NCBI GenBank assembly: GCA_963747525.1
Contig: CAVVFH010000001.1
Location: 754,647-818,646, forward strand
Reading direction: 5' to 3'
Origin: an uncultured Actinomycetota bacterium
Lineage (GTDB): Bacteria > Actinomycetota > Actinomycetes > Propionibacteriales > Nocardioidaceae
DNA: 64,000 bases
Shown: piece by piece, positions 41,482 to 51,476 of the stretch
Layout of the letters: each line of letters starts with the position of its first letter
Position numbering within the stretch: position 1 is the stretch's first letter
Position numbers and translations under genes: made by a program
Notes under the pieces: generated by a model
Seen by the model: the letters and a program-made list of their open reading frames with translations, nothing else
Told to the model about the DNA's origin: nothing
Database searches by the model: none

Positions 41482-43143
41482 TCAGCGCGCGAGCGCGCGT
41501 CCCGCCGCCCGGCCGGAGAAGATGCAGCCGCCGAGGAAGGTGCCCTCCAGCGCGTTGTACCCGTGCACGCCACCGCCGCCGAAGCCGGCGACCTCCCCGG
41601 CGGCGTAGAGACCGGGCACGGGCGAGCCGTCCGCGCCGATCACCTGGGAGTCGAGGTTCGTCTGCAGTCCGCCGAGCGTCTTGCGGGACAAGATGTTGAG
41701 GCGTACGGCGATCAGCGGACCGTGCGCCGGGTCGAGGATCTTGTGCGGCTTGGCGACGCGGGCGAGCCGGTCGGAGCGCGACCGGCGCGCGTTGTGCATC
41801 GCCATCACCTGCACGTCCTTGGTGAACGCGTTGTCCAGCTCGCGGTCGCGGGCGGCGATCTGGCGCTCCAGCTCGGCGATCTCGAGCTGCGGTCCCCGGG
41901 CGAGCCGGTTCATGCCGGCCACCAGGCCGGCGAGGTCGTCGGCGACGACGAAGTCCTCGCCGTACCGCTTGAAGTTCTCCACCGGCGCCGGCGCCCCCTT
42001 GGCCAGGCGCGTCTTCAGCAGCACCTTCAGGTCGCGCTCGGTGATGTCCGGGTTCTGCTCCGACCCTGACAGGGCGAACTCCTTCTCGATGATGCTCTGG
42101 GTGAGCACGAACCAGGAGTAGTCGTGGCCGGTCGCGAGGATCTGCCGCATCGCCCCGAGCGAGTCGGCACCCGGGACGCCGGACATGCCGGTCAGGCGTC
42201 GGCCGGTGGCGTCGAACCACATCGAGGAGGGGCCGGGCAGGATGCGGATCGCGTGGTCCGGCCAGATCGGGTCCCAGTTGTGGATGCCCTCGACGTAGGC
42301 CCACATCCGGTCGCGGTTGACGATGCGCCCGCCCGCCTGCTCGGTGATCGCCAGCATCCGCCCGTCGACGTGGGCGGGGACCCCGGTGATCATGTGCTCG
42401 GGCACCGGCCCCAGCCGCTCGGTCGGCCAGTTGCGGCGCATCAGGTCGTGGTTGTGACCGATGCCGCCGGAGGTGACCACCACCGCGCCGGCGCGGTGCT
42501 CGAACTCCCCCACGGCGGTGCGGGAGGACTTCACGCCGCGCGGGGTCTCGCTCGGCTCCAGGACCGTGCCCCGCACGCCCACGACCGCACCGTCCTCGAC
42601 GAGCAGCTCGTCGACCTGGTGGCGGAACGCGAAGGTGACCAGCCCGCGCCGCTCGGCCTCGAGCACCGGCCTCTCGAACGTCTCCACGACGCCGGGACCG
42701 GTGCCCCAGGTGAGGTGGAACCGGGGCACGGAGTTGCCGTGGCCGGTGGCGGAGCCGTCGCCCCGCTCGGCCCAGCCGACGAGGGGGACCACCCGGTGGC
42801 CGAGGTCGCGGAGGTACTGCCGCTTGCCGCCGGCGGCCCAGTCGACGTAGGCCTCGGCCCACCGGCGACCCCAGACGTCCTCGTCGTCGAGCCGGTCGTA
42901 CGCCGCGGACCCGAACCAGTCCTGCAGCGCCAGCTCGCGGGAGTCCTTGATGCCCATCCGGCGCTGCTCGGGGCTGTCGACGAAGAACAGGCCGCCGAGC
43001 GACCAGAACGCCTGCCCGCCGAGGTTCGCGCGGTTCTCCTGCTCGAGGACCAGCACCCGCTTGCCCGCCTTGGCGAGCTCGTGGGTGGCGACCAGGCCGG
43101 CCAGGCCGGCGCCGACGACGATGACTTCGGGTTGGTGGGTCAC
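41482..43143 (-). CDS. FAD-binding dehydrogenase (3-ketosteroid dehydrogenase / fumarate reductase-like family)
   Basis: VVGAGLAGL, GGQAFWSLGG, HGNSVPRFHLTWGTG, RKTLGG, GLYAAGE, GTFLGGC. Confidence 0.85.
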   Translation of the reverse strand: MTHQPEVIVVGAGLAGLVATHELAKAGKRVLVLEQENRANLGGQAFWSLGGLFFVDSPEQRRMGIKDSRELALQDWFGSAAYDRLDDEDVWGRRWAEAYVDWAAGGKRQYLRDLGHRVVPLVGWAERGDGSATGHGNSVPRFHLTWGTGPGVVETFERPVLEAERRGLVTFAFRHQVDELLVEDGAVVGVRGTVLEPSETPRGVKSSRTAVGEFEHRAGAVVVTSGGIGHNHDLMRRNWPTERLGPVPEHMITGVPAHVDGRMLAITEQAGGRIVNRDRMWAYVEGIHNWDPIWPDHAIRILPGPSSMWFDATGRRLTGMSGVPGADSLGAMRQILATGHDYSWFVLTQSIIEKEFALSGSEQNPDITERDLKVLLKTRLAKGAPAPVENFKRYGEDFVVADDLAGLVAGMNRLARGPQLEIAELERQIAARDRELDNAFTKDVQVMAMHNARRSRSDRLARVAKPHKILDPAHGPLIAVRLNILSRKTLGGLQTNLDSQVIGADGSPVPGLYAAGEVAGFGGGGVHGYNALEGTFLGGCIFSGRAAGRALAR

Positions 43144-43164
43144 CCGGGGCATCCTGCGGGCGCC

Positions 43165-43230
43165 CGGCGACTGTCCGGCGACTGTCCGGCGACTGTCCGG
43201 CGACTGTCCAGCGACTGTCCAGCGACTGTC
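43165..43230. repeat. 11-bp tandem repeat x6 (CGGCGACTGTC x4, CAGCGACTGTC x2)
   Basis: Read directly; intergenic between arsR and the dehydrogenase start. Confidence 0.95.
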
Positions 43231-43576
43231 AGGGACGCAGGGCGCCGCTCAGCGAGGTGAGCATGTCCTCCACGACGCGGTAGAACGCCCACCGGCCGCG
43301 CTGCTCGCGGGTGACGAGCCCCGCGTCCACCAGCTGCTTCATGTGGTGGGAGACGGTCGGCTGGGAGAGCCCGACCGGCTCGATGAGGTCGCAGATGCAC
43401 GCCTCCCGCTCCGGCTGCGCCGCGATCATCGACAGCAGCCGCACCCGCGTCGGGTCGGCGAGCGCCTTGAACACCTTGGCCAGGTGCTCGGCCTGCGCGG
43501 CGTCCAGCGCCCCCCGCGCGACCGGGGAGCAGCACACCTCGGGGGGAGCGGCGAGCGGGAGCTGGGTCGGCACCAC
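43229..43576 (-). CDS. arsR: ArsR/SmtB family repressor
   Basis: N-terminal CC, KALADPTRVRLL, EACICDL, LSQPTVSHHMKQL, REQRGRW. Confidence 0.9.
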   Translation of the reverse strand: MVPTQLPLAAPPEVCCSPVARGALDAAQAEHLAKVFKALADPTRVRLLSMIAAQPEREACICDLIEPVGLSQPTVSHHMKQLVDAGLVTREQRGRWAFYRVVEDMLTSLSGALRP

Positions 43577-43603
43577 CCCATCCTGCCACACATATTGACT
43601 ATC

Positions 43604-43635
43604 GTCGATGCATCGAGCATGATCGATGCATCGAC
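43604..43635. promoter_or_regulatory. Perfect inverted repeat, probable ArsR operator
   Basis: GTCGATGCATCGA-GCATGA-TCGATGCATCGAC between divergent arsR and arsM. Confidence 0.7.
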
Positions 43636-43674
43636 AGTGCTGATGGAATCCGATCGATGGATGAAGGAGTCCTC

Positions 43675-44427
43675 GTGCAGACTGACGACATGCGGGAACA
43701 GGTCCGGATCCGGTACGCCGAGGCGGCGAACGCCGTGGGCTGCGGGCTCGTCCTGCTGCGGCGACACCGCCGTGGTCGACGACGCGTTCGGGGCCGCGCT
43801 CTACGACGCCTCGGAGCAGAACGCGCTCCCGGTGGAGGCGGTCGCCGCGAGCCTCGGCTGCGGGAACCCGACCGCCGTGGCAGCCCTGCATCCCGGCGAG
43901 CGGGTCCTCGACCTCGGTTCCGGTGGCGGGATCGACGTACTCCTCTCCGCACGCCGGGTCGGCGAGACGGGCTTCGCCTACGGCGTCGACATGACCGACG
44001 AGATGCTCGACCTGGCGCGCGCCAACGCCGCGAAGGCCGGCGCCACCAATGTCGAGTTCCTCAAGGGCACCATCGAGGAGGTACCGCTGCCGGACGCCTC
44101 GGTCGACGTGGTCATCTCCAACTGCGTCATCAACCTCTCGGTCGACAAGCCGAAGGTGCTCTCCGAGATGCACCGGGTGCTGGAGCCGGGCGGACGCATC
44201 GGCATCTCGGACGTCGTGGCGGAGGACCACCTCTCCGCCGCCGACCGCGCCGAGCGCGGCTCGTTCGTCGGCTGCATCGCCGGCGCCCTGTCCCGGTCGG
44301 AGTACCTCGAGGGCCTGGCGGCCGCCGGGTTCGTCGACGCCGAGGTGGAGTTCACCCATGAGGCTGTCCCGGGCATGCACGGCGCCATCGTCCGCGCGAG
44401 GAAGCCGACCACCCGGCCGTGGCATGA
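43675..44427 (+). CDS. arsM: Arsenite S-adenosylmethionine methyltransferase ArsM (indels near 43740 and 44410)
   Basis: [48 protein letters not shown]; AAGGAG RBS. Confidence 0.85.
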
Positions 44428-45497
44428 CCGCCACCACCCACGAGCCGACGGTCGCGCACCGGCTGTCGACGCTGGACCGCTACCTGCCGGTCTGGATCGG
44501 GCTGGCGATGGCGGCCGGGTCTGCTGCTCGGCCGCTGGGTGCCGGGCATCGCCGACGTCGCTGGACGCGATCGAGGTCGGCTCGGTCTCGCTGCCGATCG
44601 CGCTGGGCCTGCTGGTGATGATGTACCCGGTGCTGGCCAAGGTGCGGTACGACGAGGTGGGCGACGTCGCCCGCGACGGCCGGATGTTGACGCTGTCGCT
44701 GGTGCTGAACTGGCTGGTCGGCCCGGCGCTGATGTTCACCCTCGCCTGGGTCTTCCTGGCCGATCTCCCGGAGTTCCGGACCGGACTCATCATCGTCGGC
44801 CTCGCCCGGTGCATCGCGATGGTGATCATCTGGAACGACCTGGCCTGCGGCGACCGGGAGGCGGCCGCGGTGCTGGTGGCGCTCAACTCGGTCTTCCAGG
44901 TGCTGGCCTTCGCGCTGCTCGGCTGGTTCTACCTCGACCTGCTGCCCGGCTGGCTCGGCCTGTCGACCACCGGCCTCGAGGTCTCGCCGTGGCAGATCGC
45001 CTGGAGCGTCGTGGTGTTCCTGGGCATCCCGCTGGCGGCCGGGCTACCTGACCCGCCGGCTCGGCGAGCGCCGGAAGGGTCGGGAGTGGTACGAGGCGAC
45101 GTTCCTGCCGCGGATCGGACCGTGGGCGCTGTACGGCCTGCTGTTCACGATCGTGGTGCTGTTCGCCCTGCAGGGCGACGAGATCACCAGCCGGCCGCTC
45201 GACGTGGCCCGGATCGCGGTGCCCCTGGTGGTCTACTTCGCCCTGATGTGGGGCGGCTCCATGGTCCTGGCCCACCGCCTCGGGCTGGGCTACCGGCGCT
45301 CGGCGACGGTGGCGTTCACCGCGGCCGGCAACAACTTCGAGCTGGCCATCGCGGTGGCCATCGCGGTCTTCGGCGTCACCAGCGGCCAAGCCCTCGCGGG
45401 CGTGGTCGGACCGTTGATCGAGGTGCCGGTCCTGGTGGGACTGGTCTACGTCAGCCTCTGGGCGCGGCGGTTCTTCCCCGCGGAGCGGGTCGCGTGA
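44424..45497 (+). CDS. acr3: ACR3 arsenite efflux transporter (frameshifts near 44517-44560 and 45040)
   Basis: [52 protein letters not shown]. Confidence 0.9.
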
Positions 45498-45928
45498 CCG
45501 GCCCGGCGCCAACCGTCGTGTTCGCCTGCGTCCGCAACGGTGGCCGGTCGGTGGTGGCCCGGGTGCTGACCGAGCACTACGCCGGCGGCCGGGTGACGGC
45601 GCTGTCCGCGGGCACCCGGCCCGGAGAGCACATCCACCCCGAGGTCGCCGACGCGCTGGCGAGGCTCGGCCTGGACACGTCGCGGGAGCACCCGCAGACG
45701 CTGACCCGGGAGATGGTCGCCGGCGCCGACCTGGCCATCACGCTGGGATGCGGTGAGGAGTGCCCCTACGTCCCTGGCGTCACCTACCGCGACTGGCCGG
45801 TCGACGACCCGGGCGGCCAGGACGAGGCCACCGTCCGCCGGATCGTCGCCGACCTCGACGGCCGCGTGCGCGACCTGCTGGCCGAGCTGGTGCCGGACCT
45901 CGGGCTGCCGCCGTCCGCCGTCGGCTGA
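45494..45928 (+). CDS. arsC: Arsenate reductase, LMW-PTPase fold
   Basis: CVRNGGRS (CX5R), SAGT, GCGEECP, DWPVDDP; GTGA overlap with acr3. Confidence 0.85.
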   Translation: MTGPAPTVVFACVRNGGRSVVARVLTEHYAGGRVTALSAGTRPGEHIHPEVADALARLGLDTSREHPQTLTREMVAGADLAITLGCGEECPYVPGVTYRDWPVDDPGGQDEATVRRIVADLDGRVRDLLAELVPDLGLPPSAVG

Positions 45929-45935
45929 CCACCGG

Positions 45936-47384
45936 TCAGGGACTGTGCAGGTCGGCGATCCGGTCGCCGCCCAGCGGCGGACGCACCCACCGCGCGACCA
46001 CCTGTCGTCCCGCCGGGGTGAGCGTGAGCTCCAGCCGGTGCGGCGTCTCGAGGAAGATCACGGCCACCCGGAGCGTGCGGTCGTCGAGCCAGCCGCCCGA
46101 CGCGGCAACCGGCACGGTGCCACCGAGCCGGTCGGTCGGAGTGGTGACCCGCCACTCCCCGGCGCCGACCTCGACGGTGAGCTCGTTCTCCTGCTCGGCC
46201 AGCGTGACGCTCAGCGGGGAGCCCGGCCCGTCCCCCGACACGGACACCGAGCTGAGGGCCGAGGCCAGCGGACCGAACAGCCCGCGGCGCGCCTCGAACG
46301 GCCCCGCCGACCACGGCTGCCAGTCGTCCGGCGCGCCGGCACCGGCGTACGGCTCGAGCCGCAGGCCGCCGAGGCGGGCGGCGAGCGCCTCCTCCGCCGC
46401 CGACGGGTCGTGCGTCTCGACGCCCAGCCCCGGCAGCAGGTGCGCCCAGACGGCATCGAGGACGGCCTGCATCTCCTCGGTGCACGCCGTGGTCGCCACC
46501 ACCGTGTCGTGCTCGGGCAGCACGACGCAGAACTGGCCGTACGCCCCGTCACCGCGGTAGCCGTGCCGGGCCTGCCAGAACTGGAACCCGTAGCCCTGCT
46601 GCCAGTCGGGGTTCGGCTGCCCGGGGTTGTCGGCGTTGTCGACGTGCTTGGCGGTGGCCAGCTCGACCCACCCCTCGGGCAACAGCCGGCTGCCTTCCCA
46701 CCGACCGTCCTGCAGGTGCAGCAGGCCCAGCTTGGCGATGTCCTCGGTGCGGGCGTGCAGCCCGCTGAACCCCAGCTCCCGGCCCGGCTGCCAGGCCGTC
46801 CAGCCGACGTCGCCGATGCCCAGCGGGTCGAGCAGCCGGGGGCGGAGGTACTCGCTCAGCGGCACGCCGGCGCGCTGCTGCAGCACGCTCGCCAGGGCGT
46901 AGGTGCACGGCTGGCTGTAGGCGAACACCGTGCCCGGCTCCCGGTCCGGCGGGATGAGCAGGAAGCCGCGGACCGGGTCGGCAGGGTCACGGGCCAGCGC
47001 CTCGGGGAGCATGTCGCGGGTGTGCCCGCTGGCCATCGAAGCGGCGTGCCGCAACCGGATCGACCGGGTGCGCGGGTCGTCGACCTCGGCGTCGACCTCC
47101 GGGAAGCACGACACGAGGGGCTCCTCGAGGTCGAGCAGACCCTCCGCCCGGGCGAGGCCGACGGCGGCGGAGGTGAAGCTCTTGCTCAGCGAGTAGAGCA
47201 GGTGCCGCCGCTCCGGGGTGTACGGCGACCACCAGCCCTCGGCGACGACGTGACCGTTCCGCACGACCATGAGGCTGTGCATCTCCACGCCGGGGAGCCG
47301 CTCGAGCTCGTCGAGCAGGGCGAGGACCGCAGCAGGGTCCACCTGCTGCTCGGAAGGGGCGCTGCGGGGCAGGGGGCGTGCCAT
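45936..47384 (-). CDS. Serine hydrolase, beta-lactamase/CubicO family
   Basis: SLSKS (SxxK), FAYS, YGFQFW, GDGAYGQF. Confidence 0.85.
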   Translation of the reverse strand: MARPLPRSAPSEQQVDPAAVLALLDELERLPGVEMHSLMVVRNGHVVAEGWWSPYTPERRHLLYSLSKSFTSAAVGLARAEGLLDLEEPLVSCFPEVDAEVDDPRTRSIRLRHAASMASGHTRDMLPEALARDPADPVRGFLLIPPDREPGTVFAYSQPCTYALASVLQQRAGVPLSEYLRPRLLDPLGIGDVGWTAWQPGRELGFSGLHARTEDIAKLGLLHLQDGRWEGSRLLPEGWVELATAKHVDNADNPGQPNPDWQQGYGFQFWQARHGYRGDGAYGQFCVVLPEHDTVVATTACTEEMQAVLDAVWAHLLPGLGVETHDPSAAEEALAARLGGLRLEPYAGAGAPDDWQPWSAGPFEARRGLFGPLASALSSVSVSGDGPGSPLSVTLAEQENELTVEVGAGEWRVTTPTDRLGGTVPVAASGGWLDDRTLRVAVIFLETPHRLELTLTPAGRQVVARWVRPPLGGDRIADLHSP

Positions 47385-47422
47385 CGGTCGAGCCTAGCCA
47401 GCGGTGATCCGGGGGACGGGTC

Positions 47423-47978
47423 GAGTTCCTGGGCACCGGCCTGGTCCTCCCGTACAACGTGGTCTACCTGCACGAGGTGCGGGGCTTCTCCCTCTCCGCG
47501 GCAGGCATCCTGCTCGGGCTGCCGGCGCTGGTCGGACTGCTGGTGGTGGGGCCCGCCGGATCGCTGATCGACCGGGTCGGCGCCCGACCGGTCCAGCTGG
47601 CCGCGCTGGGGTTCGCCGCCTCCTTCGTCGGCTACGCCCAGCTCAACGCCGGCATGCCGGCCTACGCCAGGGCGGTGAGCGAGGTGACCACCGAGGGTCT
47701 GGGGATGGCGCTCGCCGCGAACACCCTGGTGATCGTGCTCATCCAGCTCGCGGTCCCGCAGCGCATCGAGGGCCGCCGGCGGACCCGGGCGATCGCGGCC
47801 ATGGGTGGGCTGTGGGCGGTGTCCGGGCTCGCGCTGGGGCTGTCCGCCGTGGTGGGCCCCGCGGTGTCCGGCTTCCTGGTCGGGCACGGGCTCGGGTCGT
47901 CGTACATCGCCCTGCTGGTGCTCGGCTCTCTCGGCATCGGTGCCTACGCCGTGCTCCTCGTCGAGCCGCGGCGGCTAG
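47423..47978 (+). pseudogene. MFS transporter relic with internal deletions
   Basis: LGTGLVLPYNVVYLHEVRG and GSLIDRVGAR (MFS motif A) joined directly to C-half helices; only about 185 codons, with no start or stop of its own. Confidence 0.65.
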
Positions 47979-49120
47979 CGGAGCACCACGGGGACGCGGG
48001 CCCAGCCGCCGACCGGGGGTGTCTCGCGCACGGCGGGCCGGTCCGGGGCCGGCTCGATCCAGGACGTCCCGCGCAGCAGCTCTTCGAGGACGACGCGCAG
48101 CTCCATGAGGGTCAGAGCCCGGCCCGGGCAGACGTGCGGACCGGCCCCGAAGACCAGATTGGCGCCGGCGTTCCCCACGGGGTCGTAGCGGTCGGGGTCG
48201 CCGAAAACCTCCGGGTCCCGGTTCGCCGCGGTCCAGTTCAGCAGGACGCGTTCTCCCGCGTCGAAGTGCTCGCCGACCACGGTGACGGGACACGTGGCGA
48301 CCCGCCGGTTCGACACGAACGGGTCGTCGATGCGCAGCATCTCTTCGATGGCGGCCTCCACCGCGGCGGCGCCCCCGGCCTCCACGAGGCTGCGCACCTC
48401 CCGCTGGACGGCGGGCGTGGCGGCGAGGTGGTGCACGACGACGCCGACGGACGTGGCGAGCGAGCCGAGGTCCCCGGCCGTCCAGTTCCGCAGGATCGAG
48501 ACGATCTCCTCGTCGGTCAGGGGGCGCCCGTCGACGGTGTCGTGCATGAGCTCGCCGGTGACGTCGACGACCGGCGCACCGCGGCGCTCGTCGAGCAACG
48601 CCCGGATCATCTGGTCGAAGCGCTCCGCCACCTCGCTCGTCCGCTCCCTGTCCCCTGACCGGGTCGCCGCGTGGTTGTCGGCGATCCACGCGACCAGCTC
48701 GTCCTCCAGGTCCGCCGGCCAGCCCAGCCACGACGACTGTGTGCGGACTGCGAACGGGACGCCGATGCCGGCGATGGTCTTCACGGTCTCGCCACGCGGC
48801 AGCCCGCCGACGATCGCTTCGGCGTGGGCCCGCGCCCGCGGTTCCTCGCGGGCCACCCGGTCGTCGGTCAGGTACCGGTCCACGACCGCTCGGAAGGCGG
48901 CGTGCTCGTCACCGTCCAGGCTGTTCGGGATCGCCCTCCGCGTCGTCACCCGGCTCGACCAGGTGCGCGGATCGGTGGCGGCGGCGAGAACCTCCGCGTG
49001 CCGCAGCAACATCCACGAGTCGCCGTGGCGCGCCACCGCGCAGCGGGACCGCAGGTCGTCGTACGTCGTCCGCTGGTCCGGCCACCTGCCGGCTGCATCG
49101 GGCTCGACCGGGTCTCCCAC
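47975..49120 (-). CDS. Cytochrome P450 with atypical I-helix
   Basis: EMLR, AANRDP, heme motif FGAGPHVCPG; the I-helix reads NWTAGDLGSL. Confidence 0.85.
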   Translation of the reverse strand: MGDPVEPDAAGRWPDQRTTYDDLRSRCAVARHGDSWMLLRHAEVLAAATDPRTWSSRVTTRRAIPNSLDGDEHAAFRAVVDRYLTDDRVAREEPRARAHAEAIVGGLPRGETVKTIAGIGVPFAVRTQSSWLGWPADLEDELVAWIADNHAATRSGDRERTSEVAERFDQMIRALLDERRGAPVVDVTGELMHDTVDGRPLTDEEIVSILRNWTAGDLGSLATSVGVVVHHLAATPAVQREVRSLVEAGGAAAVEAAIEEMLRIDDPFVSNRRVATCPVTVVGEHFDAGERVLLNWTAANRDPEVFGDPDRYDPVGNAGANLVFGAGPHVCPGRALTLMELRVVLEELLRGTSWIEPAPDRPAVRETPPVGGWARVPVVLR

Positions 49121-49211
49121 GGCGCACCTCCCGTCCCGTCGTCCGTCCTGTCCGGCCCGCTCGCCAACCTACCGACGCAGCGGCTCGACCCGCACGGGAG
49201 GTCGGCGGGGC

Positions 49212-49994
49212 TCAGGTCAGGTGGGCGGCGATGTCCCGGGCGGCAGCGGCGAGCAGCTTCTGGAGGCGGTCGGACTCTGCGATGACCTGCTCGGTGGGCC
49301 CGAAGGCGGAGATGCTGGCGACGGCGACCCGGCGCTGCATCACCGGCACGGCGATCGAGGTCATCCCCTCGAACGACTCGCCGTGCGAGACCGCGAACCC
49401 CCGACGCCGTACCCCCGCGAGCGCGCGGCTCCACTCCGACTCGGTGCGGATCGTGCGCCGGGCGTACGGCGGGAACCCGGCCGTGCGGCGGGCCTGGTCG
49501 ACGGCGGGGTTGAACGCGGCGATGACCTTGCCCGAGCTGGTGCAGTGCAGCGGGAGGCGGCGGCCGATACGCCCCAGCACCTGCCCGCCCGCGCCGACCT
49601 CGATGCGCTCGACGAAGACGACGTCGACCCCGTCGGGGACGCCGAAGTTGACGGTGTAGCCGGTCACTTCGGCGATCCGGGTGAGGTGCGGGAGCGCTGC
49701 GTGCCGGAAGTTGTTGCGTGCCTGGGCGAGGTGGCCGAGCTCGTAGAGGTGGATGCCGAGCCGGTACTGCCCGGTGGCCTTGTCCTGCTCGACGAAGCCA
49801 CGGCCGGTCAGGGTCTGCAGCAGCCGGTGCGCGGTCGCCTTCCCGATGCCGAGCCGGCGGGCGACGTCGGAGACGCCGAGGGAGCCGTCCACCGCGAAGC
49901 ACTCGAGGACGTCCAGCGCCGTCCCCACCGACCGCAGGCTGCCCGGAGGTGCCTGCCCGCCGGTGAAGCGCTTGGGGACCGAGGCGACGGTCAC
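49212..49994 (-). CDS. IclR-family transcriptional regulator
   Basis: LGVSDVARRLGIGKATAHRLLQTL HTH, IGRRLPLHCTSSGK, SIAVPV; GTG overlaps the reductase stop. Confidence 0.9.
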   Translation of the reverse strand: MTVASVPKRFTGGQAPPGSLRSVGTALDVLECFAVDGSLGVSDVARRLGIGKATAHRLLQTLTGRGFVEQDKATGQYRLGIHLYELGHLAQARNNFRHAALPHLTRIAEVTGYTVNFGVPDGVDVVFVERIEVGAGGQVLGRIGRRLPLHCTSSGKVIAAFNPAVDQARRTAGFPPYARRTIRTESEWSRALAGVRRRGFAVSHGESFEGMTSIAVPVMQRRVAVASISAFGPTEQVIAESDRLQKLLAAAARDIAAHLT

Positions 49995-51091
49995 CGCTTG
50001 ATCAGTGGCGACTTCACCCCACCCTGGGCCTTGTCGGCCTCGTTGAAGAAGTCCTCGCGGTAGATGTCGCGGGGGAACAGCCGCTTGCCCATCATCGTCT
50101 TCAGCGCAGCCTCGACCATCGGCGGCGGCCCGCACAGGTAGCCGGCGCAGCCGACGAGTGTCTCGTGGTCCGCCGCGATCACGTCGGTGACCATCCCGTA
50201 GCCGTAGTCGGCCGGGTCGTCGCCGGTGGCGGCCACCTCCTCCGCGCTCTCCTCCGACAGGCACGGTCGGTAGCTGAACCGGTCCGGGTGCTCCTTGGCC
50301 AGCGACCGGAAGAAGTCGACGTCGTAGAGCCAGGCGCGGGTGCGGCCGCCGGCGTAGAAGGTGAGGGGGCCGCCGTACTCCCCCGCCTCGAGGGCGTGCC
50401 GGATCATCGCCTTCAACGGCGCGGAGCCGGTGCCGCCGCCGACCAGCACGGCGTGCCGGTCGTCGTCGGTGCGCAGCACGAACCGGCCGTACGGCCCCGA
50501 CACCTCCACCCGGTCACCGACGGCGAGGGTGCTGAACACCCAGCCGTCGGTGCCCCGACCGCCGGGCACGTTGCGGACGTGGAACTCCAGCCGGCGGGAC
50601 TCGGCCGGCGGTGAGGCGATCGACCAGGTCCGGTCCACGGCGGCCGCTCCCGGCGCGGACGGCACGGTGAACTTCAGGTACTGCCCGGCGTTGAACCGCA
50701 GGTCCCGGTCGAGCTCGACCACCAGCCGGCGGGTGTGCTCGGCGATGTCGGTGAGCTCGACGACGGTGCCGGTGTAGTCCTCGACCGGGAACACCTCGAT
50801 CGACTCGTCGACGTCGATGTCCGCCTCGATCACCACGTCCGAGCGGGGCGTCGCGCAGCACGGCAGGACCTTGCCCTCGTCGCGCTCGAAGTCCATCAGC
50901 GCGAACGAGCTCGACCCGCCGTGGTCGACATCGCCGTCGAGGACCTCGGCCTTGCAGGTGGCACACGTGCCGTGGGTGCAGGAGTGCGGCAGCCAGACGC
51001 CGTTGCGCAGGCAGGCGTCGAGGATCGTCTGGTCCTCGGCGCACTCGACCTCCCGCCCGAGCGGTTCGACCGTCACCGTGTACGACGTCAT
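49991..51091 (-). CDS. dmpP: Phenol hydroxylase reductase (2Fe-2S/FAD/NAD, P5)
   Basis: QTILDACLRNGVWLPHSCTHGTCATC, FALMDFERDEG, GGTG, YLCGPPPM. Confidence 0.9.
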   Translation of the reverse strand: MTSYTVTVEPLGREVECAEDQTILDACLRNGVWLPHSCTHGTCATCKAEVLDGDVDHGGSSSFALMDFERDEGKVLPCCATPRSDVVIEADIDVDESIEVFPVEDYTGTVVELTDIAEHTRRLVVELDRDLRFNAGQYLKFTVPSAPGAAAVDRTWSIASPPAESRRLEFHVRNVPGGRGTDGWVFSTLAVGDRVEVSGPYGRFVLRTDDDRHAVLVGGGTGSAPLKAMIRHALEAGEYGGPLTFYAGGRTRAWLYDVDFFRSLAKEHPDRFSYRPCLSEESAEEVAATGDDPADYGYGMVTDVIAADHETLVGCAGYLCGPPPMVEAALKTMMGKRLFPRDIYREDFFNEADKAQGGVKSPLIKR

Positions 51092-51106
51092 GGCTGCTGC
51101 CCTTCC

Positions 51107-51475
51107 CTACTTCTTCACCATGCGGATCACTGACTTGTGGCCGACACCGAGCGACTCGAGGCTCGCGCCCTCCTCGGGCGACCACGGGCGGTCGTCGAGG
51201 CCCCACGCGAAGTCGGCGGGCGTCCAGGACTCCTGCCAGTCGGGGTCCTCGGCGTGGTAGGGCACCACCATCGCGGCCCAGAAGTCGCCGAACGACATCG
51301 CCTTGGGGGCGCGGAAGCACGCGGCCGCCACGAACCACGGGTTGCCGTCGTTCCAGACGTGCACGAGCTGGTCGTCGCCGTACAGCTCCTGCGCGGAGCG
51401 CGACGGGAAGTCGTACTCCCCGATGCTGCGGATCTCCGGCCGCTCGATGACCTTGTTGAAGTCGGTCACGCTCAT
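51107..51475 (-). CDS. dmpO: Phenol hydroxylase gamma subunit (P4)
   Basis: IGEYDFPSR, SLESLGVGHKS; position between P3 and P5. Confidence 0.8.
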   Translation of the reverse strand: MSVTDFNKVIERPEIRSIGEYDFPSRSAQELYGDDQLVHVWNDGNPWFVAAACFRAPKAMSFGDFWAAMVVPYHAEDPDWQESWTPADFAWGLDDRPWSPEEGASLESLGVGHKSVIRMVKK

Positions 51476-51476
51476 C

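Noticed and set aside
43165-43230. Possible CRISPR array or iterons
   Set aside because: Contiguous 11-bp units with no spacers, and no cas or rep gene nearby.
42947-45928. 993-aa ORF appearing to fuse ArsM, Acr3 and ArsC
   Set aside because: Chance read-through created by indels; acr3 and arsC have their own overlapping starts (ATGA, GTGA) and parts of the ORF are out-of-frame nonsense.
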